In this document: positions 27,198 through 38,050 of the stretch, piece after piece
How positions within the stretch are numbered: position 1 is the first letter of the stretch
Layout of the letters: every line of letters starts with the position of its first letter
Assembly: GCA_964035545.1 (NCBI GenBank)
Contig: OZ037767.1
Location: forward strand, 4,108,707 to 4,172,706
Direction of reading: 5' to 3'
Length of the DNA: 64,000 nt
Origin: Bugula neritina
Lineage: Eukaryota > Animalia > Bryozoa
The notes under the pieces: generated by a model
Database searches by the model: none
Seen by the model: only the letters and a program-made list of their open reading frames with translations
What the model was told of the DNA's origin: nothing
Made by a program: the position numbers and the translations under genes

Positions 27198-27268
27198 TTC
27201 CCTCCTCTTTAAGAAGAACGCACAATGATGTGGAATAGGTACACCCATCATCGCAGTCTTGTTCAGAA
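27198..27268 (-). pseudogene. Kunitz type-A exon 3, 5' half only
   Basis: AG acceptor then SEQDCDDGCTYSTSLCVLLKEEG; homology stops there. Confidence 0.85.
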
Positions 27269-27733
27269 CTATTCTCACAAAACATTTTTACTTCTTTTTA
27301 GGTAAACTGCATCATGCAGCTCAGTGGCTGCACTCAATGATTAAATTCCTTCTCTAAACTGCTGTAACAAACCACGACATGCAGTAACTTTAGGGAAAGT
27401 GTGATTCATATAAAGCAATGCAGTAATTGTGAGTTTATTACATGAAAGATAGCTTAGGCTTTTTTGTCAGCTTTTGAATTGTTTGGAAAACTTGATCGAT
27501 TTTGTTTTAAGGGACAGTAAAGCGTATGCTGAACTGACGAATTAAAAATAGTCTGATTTTATTTTTTCTAAGATTTTGCAAATAATAATAATATCTTTTG
27601 TGATTGAATAATGCATTTCGTATTATTATGCTAATGTAGTGTTATTCACTTTTTGGTAAAATTGATTTCAGTTTCTATAGTTGATAGCATAGGGTAAAAT
27701 TTTAAATAATTCCCCAAAAAAAGTGTTGACAAG

Positions 27734-27804
27734 TTCCCTCTTCTTTAAGAAGAACGCACAATGGTGTGGAATAGGTTCACGCATCATCACAGTCTTGTTC
27801 ACAA
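27734..27804 (-). pseudogene. Kunitz type-A exon 3, 5' half only, with in-frame TGA
   Basis: CEQDCDDA*TYSTPLCVLLKEEG, preceded by type-A intron-2 sequence. Confidence 0.85.
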
Positions 27805-28329
27805 CTATTGTAACAAAACATATGACATATGATTACATTTGGAAAAAGTGTTACTACTGTAAGGCAATATACTATGACTTTGACTCTGTTTATGACGCAT
27901 AGTCTAGGCTAATGATTTCTTTTTTTAGCTTTTGATTGGTTTAGAATGGTTAATTGTTTTGCTGCAAGAGGCCATAACTTCTACTTTGCTTTGACAGCAG
28001 GTTTTGCAAAGAGTATGTTGAACTTGCGAGTTGAGCATCGTTTGGTTTTGTTCTGTCTATTTTGTTTTAATATATTTTCTCTGAGGAATAATTACAACCA
28101 GTCTTTGATCCTCACGTAATGTATTAAGTTTTTTTGAAACAATATTTCAACAGTATTGTAACACTATACCACAACTTTGGTGTACCCCTTCATCTTTGTA
28201 TTGAATGATTCTCCATTGTAGTTACGTCATGATAATATATAGCAAGGGGATATATTATACCCTTATCTTGCTATTCACTGCATTAGGTTGTAGACTTGGT
28301 GGTTCTTCAACTAGAATATACTTGAATCT

Positions 28330-28548
28330 ATCTCTCCTGGTAGAGAGTATAGGGAGGAGTGACATCTGTTGATGCCTATATGACATCATGATAGTACAAT
28401 GACACAGTTTAGTCTTTGATCCTTTTGTAACAAGTAGTGCACATAACACTTGAGATTGGGTATTAAAGTATTCTTATAGGAAATCTTCTTCTGTTTCAAA
28501 GTTGTTACTGTTCCCTCTAGAGCCATGGAAGGTAAATGTCTTAAAACA
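28330..28548 (-). pseudogene. Decayed Kunitz coding segment lacking the conserved intron
   Basis: CFKTFTFHGSRGNSNNFETEEDFL*EYFNTQSQVLCALLVTKG: NNF runs directly into ETEED. Confidence 0.7.
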
Positions 28549-28569
28549 TTAAAATAAGATAATATATTT

Positions 28570-28793
28570 GTATACAGTTGATTTTTTTTCGCCTGCTTCA
28601 TAGTAGAAGAATGATATGCATTTATTGCTGACTATAGCATTATAGTTGTACAGTAACAGTGCATTATGGTATAGTTCTTCATTTTTATATTAGAGACTTC
28701 CCCAATGCAGTGCTATAATAAAACTGTAAAATTAGGGTATACAGTCATCTCGGTGTACCCTTTCTTCTCCTTCAGATAGGGGACAACTCCTTT
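28570..28793 (-). pseudogene. Decayed exon-2-like Kunitz fragments
   Basis: TTAAAG acceptor then ERSCPLSEGEE...; further on QFYYSTALGK and LLYNYNAIVSNKCISFFYYEAG, with stops and frameshifts between them. Confidence 0.6.
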
Positions 28794-28940
28794 CTTTAAC
28801 TAAAATAATCCATTTGTATTGCAATAATATTTAGTAAATCAATCACTAATGTCTATATTCGCATATTGATAACTGTAGTAAAAAAAAATATTATGCATAA
28901 ATTTGATGTCATCAAAAATGAATTTATACAGTTGACATAC

Positions 28941-29013
28941 CAGATCCTTGTATGACCCTCACTTGGATCAAAACAATCAATGCTATCAGAGAGAAAATAA
29001 TAAACATGTCCAT
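28941..29013 (-). pseudogene. Intact type-A signal-peptide exon (73 nt) of a decayed copy
   Basis: MDMFIIFSLIALIVLIQVRVIQGS+G followed by donor GTATGT. Confidence 0.85.
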
Positions 29014-29049
29014 TATTGATCAAGTAATTAATTTATTTGGTTGACATGC

Positions 29050-29122
29050 CGGGTCTAGGTGTGACCATCTTTTGAACTAATGTTGGGAAAGGCATGATAG
29101 CAATATACATGCAAATACCCAT
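29050..29122 (-). pseudogene. Divergent 73 nt signal-peptide exon copy with GC donor
   Basis: MGICMYIAIMPFPTLVQKMVTPRP+G then GCATGTCAA (cf. GTATGTCAA). Confidence 0.65.
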
Positions 29123-29239
29123 GATACTACTTACTTAATATAATGTATGTTAAATTGTTATTAATTACATAATTAAGATAAAAATATATATTATATAAGT
29201 TTAAAATTAGAGCAAAAACAATTTATGTGGTTAACATGC

Positions 29240-29312
29240 CAGATCCCTGTGTGAACTTCACTTGGATCAAAGCTATGAAAGTTCTATTAGCAATATGCAT
29301 ACAGATTTTCTT
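29240..29312 (-). pseudogene. Divergent 73 nt signal-peptide exon copy (start codon position AAG, GC donor)
   Basis: KKICMHIANRTFIALIQVKFTQGS+G then GCATGTTAA. Confidence 0.7.
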
Positions 29313-29813
29313 GACAATTATTAGCTTTTAATTTAAATTAATTGTTAAAGCATAGCATTTTAATATGTAGCTTCTTTTTTTAGAAACCTTTATTGAGTTC
29401 TAGTAACTTCCCTGTTGAACTACAAAGCAGTTTAAACTCTGCTGTTGATGTCAGCAAACTTTTTTGGCATTATTTTCTAAGGACTTATTTCTAAGACATG
29501 TTATATTTAATTATGCGGCATGTATACAGTTTTTTAGCATCTTGTACTTTTTGAGGTCTTTTTCTGAATGAAAAAATCATTACAAGCAATATATGACTAA
29601 AAGCACAGCAAAGGAAATTAAAATGACCCCTTTTCCATTTTTGCTATAAATACAAACATTAATAATATATTTTACTAAAACAACACAATAAAATAAATTA
29701 ATAAAAATTTTAGCATAAGCTATAACATACAATTACTTATGACAACCAGTAATTGCTTAGTTAGCTTACAATCTTTTATTGGTCCTAAATATAAATATAA
29801 ACATACAATTATT

Positions 29814-29903
29814 ATACTTGTTGGTATTGCCATTGGAGCCTGTGTAATAAAAACTTTCACAGGCTCTGGTTGAAGTGTTGTAGTAGAACAGGAGATGGTG
29901 ACC
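29814..29903 (-). pseudogene. Kunitz type-A exon 3, 3' half only
   Basis: GHHLLFYYNTSTRACESFYYTGSNGNTNKY; no 5' half and no intact donor. Confidence 0.85.
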
Positions 29904-30609
29904 AAATTTGATAAACATTCACCTCAAAAAGTTATCGACTATTTTATAAGTTTTACAGAATGTATAACTTTAAGCTATGAGTTATACTATATGAATTTTA
30001 GCATTTCAGAGTTTGTGGGTTGTGCATCTTATTTTTTAGATGGTTCTTAATTTACTTTCAATATAACTCATTTTGATTTTTTTTGCTTAAAGAAATGATG
30101 TTGCTTCAATTTTCTGATTTTAGTTCCATGTACAATGTACAGCATTGTTTCAGTTATTTTTAGCACTGCTGCAAGTACTTTTTTACCTCCAGGTGTTTTT
30201 CTTCATTTTTTCCACCCAAACACTCTCGCATTTTGTTGCCCAGGCTTGTACTTATTGGTTGGTTAACTTTAGTAAATTTACTTCTCGACACACTGATTGG
30301 TTCCCATTTAAAGAACTTTATTTTGTCTAATCCTATACATTAGAAATGGGTCATTGTTTGCCTTTAACTAAGATTTTTAAAGCAGCTGCACAATGACTCT
30401 TTAATAAATTGCGTATTTCTAAGCTCAGCTTGTTCAGAAACTTGTGGCTTTTCTTTTTCTATTTTTTAGCGGAGGTGGTTGTGTTTCTTTGCATACTACG
30501 CACTTCACCAGTCCTAACTCATTAGCTTTTTATTTATAAAGAAATTATTTTTATTGTCTGCAGGATTTTTCAGCTTTTTTCTACAATTAGAATCGATACA
30601 AATTGATGT

Positions 30610-31150
30610 AAAATACTTGTATACAGTTGTTTCTGTTTCCTCCTGCTCTGTAATAGAAGAAGGATAAACATTGTTGCTAACTATAGCATTATAGTAGTAC
30701 AGTAACACTATACCTTAACTATGGTATAATTCTTCACTTTTATATTAGAAGCTTCTCCACTGTTGAGTTATAATAAAACTGTATCGTTGGAGATCGTTCA
30801 TATCTTTTATATGAAATCCATCATCAAGGTTTATTACCTATTCATTTATATAGATTATCAAGTAGTGTAATTAGTAATGCACAAAGTAAAAGTCTCAATT
30901 GCTTTTTTATAAAGTGTCCTATATAATATAGTATTATATTCTCAAAAATCATCATATTTTCAATTAAAAATTAAAAGCCGTTATTAAAACATAACAATAA
31001 AAGATATTACTTAGATGAAGTTGTTGCTGTTTCCTCCTGATCCAGAGAACAGGAAGGAGCGGCATCTTTTGTTGCCTATGACATCATAGTAGTAGCGTAA
31101 AGCTATTCCATGACGCCTATAGACTCCTCCATCTTTGGGATAGAGGCATC
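30610..31150. repeat. Direct-repeat block (~540 bp), second copy at ~32330-32870
   Basis: Both copies carry a type-A exon 2 with the same donor mutation plus a frameshifted LLYYYNAIVS/CLSFFYYRAGE-GNRNN-like Kunitz relic; offset ~1720 bp. Confidence 0.85.
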
Positions 31151-31512
31151 TCCTTCCTTTAAATATAATATAAAACAGCTTAATGTAGTGATGTAGAGCA
31201 TAGACATACTAGTGACTGGGATACAACATGATTTAGTAAGACAATTACTGATATATCTTCATGCACACGTTGAACCTGGTTAAATAAGTTATGGTGAAAT
31301 AAAATTGCATAGAAATATAAGTGCAAGAAACTTATATTCATATTATTCAGCAAATTATTTAACACCATTGAAATTTGTTCTTAACATAAAAATTACTTAT
31401 AAGTTTGAAAATCAAAGTAAATTTATGTAGTTGACATACCAGATCCCTGTACGACCCTCACTTGGATCAAAAGGATAAATGCCATCATAGCGAAAATAAT
31501 AAACATGTCCAT
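31011..31512 (-). pseudogene. Truncated type-A Kunitz gene (signal exon + exon 2; donor GT>CT gives immediate stop; 72 aa ORF)
   Basis: complement(join(31011..31156,31440..31512)): MDMFIIFAMMAFILLIQVRVVQGS|GRRCLYPKDGGVYRRHGIALRYYYDVIGNKRCRSFLFSGSGGNSNNFI*. Upstream homology ends ~31615, before the TATA block. Confidence 0.85.
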
Positions 31513-31857
31513 TATTGCACAGGTAATTATAGGATAATTTAAATTAATTTAAAAATATTACTTAGAGTATAGCAATAAAACAGATTATACTGTTTCAGGT
31601 AGTAACAATTTACAACAGTTTACAGTTTATACTCCCTCTCCCCCCCCCCCTTTTTAAACAACATGAAACAATTGTTTACGTAGCTGACATACCATTTCAA
31701 AAAACTACAAAGATGAAAAAATGCAAAAATCTGTGATGTCACTATTTAATTTAGAGAAATTTGGAGAAAATTGTCAACATCATACTCTCTTTTGAAGGGC
31801 TCATCTAAACTTGCTCTCAATGGCTTATTTTGTATTTTTTCTAGCTTTGAGAGATTT

Positions 31858-31952
31858 TAAAAATGTTCGGTTGCTCTTTTGTTGTCCTTTTGTTGCCCTT
31901 TGGTGACCTGCTGATTGGTAACCAGGATCTGGTTCTTGCATACAGTGTCTGT
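31858..31952 (-). pseudogene. Type-B exon 2, 5' fragment
   Basis: CCTGTTTTACAG acceptor as at 40172-40183, then DRHCMQEPDPGYQSAGHQRAT; diverges to a stop. Confidence 0.75.
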
Positions 31953-32728
31953 CTGTAAAACAGGAAACACATATAAAAAGATATGTTGAATGCTTCAAAT
32001 TTTAAACGCAATCATAATCTTAATTATCACTTCCTAGAAGCTTGCTTAATCTAATTTTAGCAAATTAGTGTAGCTAAAAATAGCATGCAATGATTAGCAA
32101 TAATTAGTACCAGTTTTATAAATCAGCAGCTGCCAGAAGGAACAAGACTGAGTCCTGAGACATGACATTCTGTAGAATTATAATAAATATATTAATAGTT
32201 ATATATAGTATAATAATACATTCCGGTGAACAGGTTCAGCTTTTATATGTTAACCTGAATATAAGAACTAAATAAAGTAATGGGTATTGTAAACCAATAT
32301 TATAGTTATTAAAACAATAACATAAGATAATATATTTGTATACAGTTGTTTCTGTTCTCTCCTGCTCTGTAATAGAAGAAGGATAAACATTGACGCTAAC
32401 TATAGCATTATAGTAGTACAGTAACACTATACCTTAACTATGCAGTATAATTCTTCACTTTTATATTAGAAGCTTCTCCACGGTTGAGTTATAGTAAAAC
32501 TGTATCGTTGGAGATTGTTCATCTTTTATATGAAATCCATCATCAAGGTTTATTACCTACTCATTTATATAGATTATCAAATAGTGTAATTAGTAATGCA
32601 CAAAGTAAAATTCTCAATTGCTTTTTTATAAAGTGTCATATATAATATAGTATTACATTCTCAAAAATCATCATATTTTCAAATAACAATTAAAAGCAGT
32701 TATTAAAACAAAAAATAAAAGAGATTAC

Positions 32729-32874
32729 TTAGATGAAGTTGTTACTGTTTCCTCCTGATCCAGAGAACAGGAAGGAGCGACATCTTTTGCTGCCTATGAC
32801 ATCATAGTAATAACGTAAAGCTATCCCATGACGTCTATAGACTACTCCATCTTTATGATGGAGACATTTCTGTT
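32729..32874 (-). pseudogene. Type-A exon 2 copy with the same GT>CT donor mutation
   Basis: EQKCLHHKDGVVYRRHGIALRYYYDVIGSKRCRSFLFSGSGGNSNNFI*; no adjacent signal exon. Confidence 0.85.
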
Positions 32875-33189
32875 CTTCAACAAAAATATCATTTTCATGC
32901 AGTAAAATTTAGTAAATTAAGGCATTTTTTAATATTGGGCTCTAATTTAAACGCATCAAGATAAAATTTTCATAACTTACAGAGCAGTTTTTGCTGTGTT
33001 TTTATAGATGGTTTAATTTATTCAGGGAACTTTTTCAGTTGAATTTGAGAATAAGAGTTTGCTCCAGCTTTAAATAAGTTTCAAAATATTGCATTATCAG
33101 TTTGAGAGTTGTGTACTCTCTTTCTAAGGGCTCCTCTAAACTTGCTCTCAATGGCTTATTTTCTATTTTTCCTTTGCTTGAACAAATTT

Positions 33190-33280
33190 TGAAAAATGTT
33201 CATTTGCTCTTTTATTGTCCTTTGGTGACCAGCTGATTGGTGTTCTGGGTCTGGGTGTTGCATACAATCTCTATCGGTGG
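33190..33280 (-). pseudogene. Type-B exon 2, 5' fragment (second copy)
   Basis: TDRDCMQHPDPEHQSAGHQRT; flank shared with 31790-31950. Confidence 0.7.
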
Positions 33281-33608
33281 CTGAAGAAACACTTATAAAA
33301 AGATATGCTTCAATTAAATTTTAGAGCATACAACCTACAATCTGTATATGATGACCAATATATACATATATACATATTATACAAATATTTTATTATAAAG
33401 TGTGTCATATATTATCTAATAATGTATACAGCAATATAGATAGTACATCTGTTAGCTAGCAATTAAATTAATTAAGAAAACAAAAATTCCATGTGTGTGA
33501 AAAATAAAGTGGATTTTATAACATATTTTATTATAATGTTTATAATCTAAGGCAGCTCTTAATTAAGCTATATGATCTAGATTCAGAATAATGTTAGATT
33601 TCTCTCAC

Positions 33609-33750
33609 TTAAAGTTATTTCTGTTTCTACTGGAACCATAGAAAGTAAATGCTTTGCACTGCTTATCAAGGGGTGAGTAATAACACTTTGTTGTCCTTTA
33701 GTGATTGGCTGCTCCGTGTCCTGAGTCTGGCTCGTGCATACACTGTCTGT
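33609..33750 (-). pseudogene. Full type-B exon 2 (142 nt) with premature stop
   Basis: DRQCMHEPDSGHGAANH*RTTKCYYSPLDKQCKAFTFYGSSRNRNNF; AG and GT intact; lies in an inverted copy (~33545-34030) of 39898-40390. Confidence 0.88.
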
Positions 33751-34035
33751 CTGTAAAACAGGAAACACCATCTAATGAATATGATGAGTGTGTCAAGGTT
33801 AAACATAGTTATAAACTTCTGCATCTGTACTGCAGGCTTGCTTGATTTACTCTTAGGAAATTAGTGCAGCTAAAATTAGCATGCAAAGATTAGTAATAAT
33901 TAGTACTAGTTTTATAATTCAGTAAATTCTATGATCAACCATTAATATGTCATCCACATGAGCACGGAATTTATTTTAAAATCAGTTAAATTTTGGAGCA
34001 TACAACCTACAATCTGTGGATGATAGTCAAAAATT

Positions 34036-34153
34036 CAGAGAACAGGAAGGAGCGGCATCTTTTGCTGTCTATATATCGCGTCATAGTAATAACGTAAAGC
34101 TATCCCATAACGCCTATAGACTCCTCTATCTTTGGGATGGAGGCATCTCCTTT
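34036..34153 (-). pseudogene. Type-A exon 2, frameshifted (+4 nt) and 3'-truncated
   Basis: ERRCLHPKDRGVYRRYGIALRYYYDAI, then a TATA duplication; ends at TTCTCTG where it joins type-B intron sequence. Confidence 0.85.
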
Positions 34154-34259
34154 CTTTAAATATAATATAAAACAGCTTAATGTAGTGGTATAGAGCATAG
34201 ACATATTAGTGACTGGAATACAACATGATTTAGTAAGACAATTACTGATATATCTTTGG

Positions 34260-34560
34260 GCAGACATACAGGACACCCCACTATACAGTTTTTTGCTATT
34301 CTCTCCATCATAGTATTACTGAAAAGCTATCCCATGGTGCACCTCTCAGCTATGTAATGAGGTTATTAGACTGCTTCATCTTTTCAACTACTATATTTGT
34401 AGTTCTCAGACAGTGAAGTTCAGTAAAGGAAAATCCATTAGGGTATTTTTTTCACACTTTAGGCTTTTATTTGGAAGGATTAAGACAAAGCTAGCTTTAA
34501 TTAGCATATACCTAGAGCATAGCTGTCATGTTTTACACAATTCCTGCTAATGAAGTGACA
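34260..34560 (-). pseudogene. Old decayed exon-2-like relic plus intron, inverted homolog of ~37730-37900
   Basis: HHGIAFQ*YYDGENSKK; the intron shares ACATGACAGCTATGCT and AAATAAAAGC...AAGTGTGAAAAAA with 37750-37831. Confidence 0.55.
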
Positions 34561-37289
34561 AATCTGAAGAGTTTGTTTTGCAGCTAACTTAATATTTGCT
34601 CAAGTCTTAAGAAACTTACAGACAATTGCATCAATTTTGCAAAATCAGTAAATAAGCAACATTTATGTTACAGCCTTTTAAGGGTTTTGAAGCTTCGAGA
34701 CTTTTTTTGGGTTCGTGTATTCTTGTTGAGAAATTTTTTTCTGATTGCTTGTTATTTTGCTTCCGTGCAAATAATTTTTTTGTTTGACAAGCTATGAACT
34801 TAAAGGTTTACTTGCACAATGCTTGCATTAAAATTTTTTCTAATGCCTCTGAGTTTCATATCGATATAAAAGTGTTCTGTTGCGTCATCCATTATGTCAA
34901 TGCACTTTCTTGTATTGCTGCAGTGAAATACTTCACACAGTTTCCTCCACTGCCTTATACTAACGTTCCCACACACTTCTTTTTAATTTTCATTGCTATA
35001 ATATTTTTTTATAAAAGTTTCACTCTGTTTTAAAAATTTCTTTAGGTATAGCAATCTATATTTGTGCCTACATTCTTTGGAAACATTTTAGCCTGTAAGT
35101 CACTCAGCTATATTTGGAAATGCAACAAAATCTGTTATAGTAAGTATTCTTAGAAAAAGAACTAATGTAAACTAAGTTTGTATGCCACCCATAATCATTA
35201 ATACTCTTTGATTAAACTCATATCTTGTGGAAATTTACTGAGTTTTTGGCCAATTTTTACTTAAAATTTTTTGCCCCTTTCCCAAGTTTTTTTTAAGTCT
35301 AATTAGGTTTTAACAACTTTAGTATTTTAATGGTCACTAACCATTACTATTAGTATTTCATTTTCAGAAACTTTTCCCTTGAAATACAAATATTTGTCAG
35401 GTTTTTACAATCTAAGGAATACACATTTGCAATGACGCAATTTAAATTAGATTTCTTAATACCTGTTGCATACTGCTGTTGTATTGTTGATGCAATCATA
35501 CATTTAATATTACAATAAAGTATTTGTAACGTCTTGTAAGCAACTTTATTTCTGGGAAATCATCCGGAATGTAAAGAGAGAAATGCCTACTAGTTTTCAA
35601 CATACGAAAGATTTCAATTGATGGTGCTTTCTTCTCAAAGCTTCTTCTTAGCTATTGAAGTGAAACTTGAAAGCTTGAAATTAACATCTGCACCTGCCGA
35701 TTTGAGGATTTAAGCTTTTCAATAATTTATTGAAGTCTTTCAAACTAAAGTTCTTAGCGGATATACTGACAATAGATTTATATTTGTAATTCAAAATTTG
35801 AAAGAAATTAATTAATTGGTGTTATACAGATTAAATTTGGTTATATAATATAGCAAGTTTATTAACTTTCTTTTCAGCACAGCAACAGAGTCTTTATAGG
35901 TGATTCTTTGTTTTGATTATAATAGCTCTATTTTAGTCAATAAAATAAAAAATAAAAGCTTGAGACCTACAGCTGCTCTCTTGAAGCTTTTCAATGATTA
36001 CGCAATCTTGCAAGCTCCAGGTGCCAGACAATTGTTTCAGCTTGAAAGAAATTAGATTTCCAGTCTGGTAAACAGTTTGAGAAATAATAGCTATTAACAA
36101 CCTGGAGTCACACTGTAGACACATAATTTACTATAATTGTGACACTTCTATCCAATAATTACCTAACATATGCCAGACTTGTTTTTATTCTAAGAAAATC
36201 TCTAATTTGTTATGTACAGAGTATTAGTAGATGTGCCAGGTCGGATGCTGAATGGCAACGATGATTCATGCTGAATGCACAGATGCAGGACACAACTCAA
36301 CCTTTTGCTTAATGCCAACAGTTTATATTTCTCACAAAACTCTAGCAATTATTTGAGCAATACAGTCTATTAAGTTACCTGTATCTTTAACAAAAGCAAA
36401 CTTTCCTCTTTCAGTTCTTAAGCTGTACTAACCCATCAAGCAAAAGCTAGCAGTAAAAACCGATTACAAAAGCTTTTACAAAAAGCTTTCATCAAACAAT
36501 ACTTTTCTTTAAGCTGAAACAAAAAGATTTTTTCTCTGTTACTTTTCCACCAACTTACTGTACCCTAAAGGTAATTGATTGAATTTGTACAACACATTTA
36601 TTTTTTCTGCATTTTGGTAAAAAGTCTACAATATTTTTGTTTTTAGATTTACTTGTTCAATTATAAATCTTTGAATGTAAATAAATTGGAAAACTGGAAT
36701 GAAAACAGGATGAATACTTTCAACATACGAGCCTCCTCAGTATATACAGAAATTTACTCAGCGTGATTATTTAGTTATTAATTTGGGTGTTAATATTACT
36801 ATTAATGTGACTTAGCAGTTCCAATTATTTAGTTTTAATTTACTTAAGTTTATCTGTTTATTAAATTTGCTGCTGTTTTAATGACTAAAGTACACATTCA
36901 TCACTTCTAAAACTGTTTCTTCTGTTTTTTTTAGGTTTGAGAGCCCAAGTGTCACGCCCCAACTTTTAATTTTCAAGGAAATTCTATGTTCAGCTAAAAA
37001 CTCAAACATCTGTCTTTAGCAAGAACATAAGTTATTTCGAAAGTTTAAAAATATTTGAAGCCATCAGTAAAAAATTATTTTCTTAGAATGGTTATGATAC
37101 TATTTAAAAACTTGTATAATTATTTGAAGAATTACTTACACTTAAGTAGTACCTTAGCAAAGTCAAATTTAAAATTCCCACCTTTTTATTATAAAGTAAT
37201 ACAAAGTGGCTTGATTTCAAAGAAGGGATTACTCCCATTCAGTAATTTGTTGAATCATGTAATTGAAGAATATTGGGACCCTCCTCAAT

Positions 37290-37400
37290 TTATACAATAG
37301 AAATATTAACAACAATGATGTAATCATTTCTATTGGATGTTATCAGCTTGCAGTTACAACCTGCAGATTTGGGTATATAAGGCTGAAATTACTGAAGTAA
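37290..37400 (+). promoter_or_regulatory. Third copy of the type-A Kunitz promoter block
   Basis: ATACAATAGAAATATTAA...CTATTGGATGTTA...GCAGATTTGGGTATATAAGG matches 8846-8937; further upstream homology at ~35668-35900 to 7688-7930. Confidence 0.7.
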
Positions 37401-37477
37401 GTAAATTACATCATAATATCTGTTCTACTGCTTTACTTTTAGCATCTTCAAGTTACTCAGATATAAATAACTAATAT

Positions 37478-38050
37478 ATGAGCTGCTCCACGTTTCTTTG
37501 TAGCTTTGAGAACTGCGCTATTTCAAAAGCTAGAATGACATTAGAAGTTGGTATGTAAACTATATAAACTCATTTCTATGTTATTATAAATTTATGCCGT
37601 TAAGTTACCTTATTAAGTTATTGCAACTGTAATATATATTAAACGGTACTGTAATTATTTAAATATAAGTTTAGTGCTATTATGCTCTTTTTGTAAGAAA
37701 GCAAAGTTATAAGTTGCATCACCTAGTTATAGCAGAAAATTGAAAGCAGACATGACAGCTATGCTAGTTTTATGCAGATTCAAACTAACTTTCTCCTGAT
37801 GTGTTCAAATAAAAGCTCAAGTGTGAAAAAAGTCTATAATGCTTTGGTTTATTAACTTTTATTCAACTTCACTGTATAAAAATTATGTTGTTGTAGAAGG
37901 AATGAGACGTCTTTAACCTAAAGATGAAGAACTATATGAAGATCAAGTTATAGACTTAGAAGAAGAGGGACATCAATCAAGAGGTATTGTTATGGTATTA
38001 TTAACAGTGCAGGCTACATCATATCCTACTTCATGCATGGAAAACATTTA
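37478..38050 (+). pseudogene. Heavily decayed Kunitz paralog (73 nt first exon plus exon-2 relic)
   Basis: ATG 37478 to donor GTATGT at 37551 is exactly 73 nt (MSCSTFLCSFENCAISKARMTLEV); after an acceptor at ~37896 the frame reads GMRRL*PKD (cf. GRRCLYPKD). Confidence 0.55.

Larger units (their letters stand above)
27070..28080. repeat. Tandem duplication, unit ~536 bp, each unit carrying half of Kunitz type-A exon 3
   Basis: AATAATGCATTT..TATTATTA..CTAATG.AGTGTT.TTCACTTTTTGGTAAAAT at ~27071 and ~27607; exon fragments offset by 536 bp. Confidence 0.8.

Noticed and set aside
27777-27779. TGA at a conserved Cys position as possible selenocysteine
   Set aside because: It lies in a half-exon fragment with other damage; the sister copy has TGT; no SECIS evident.
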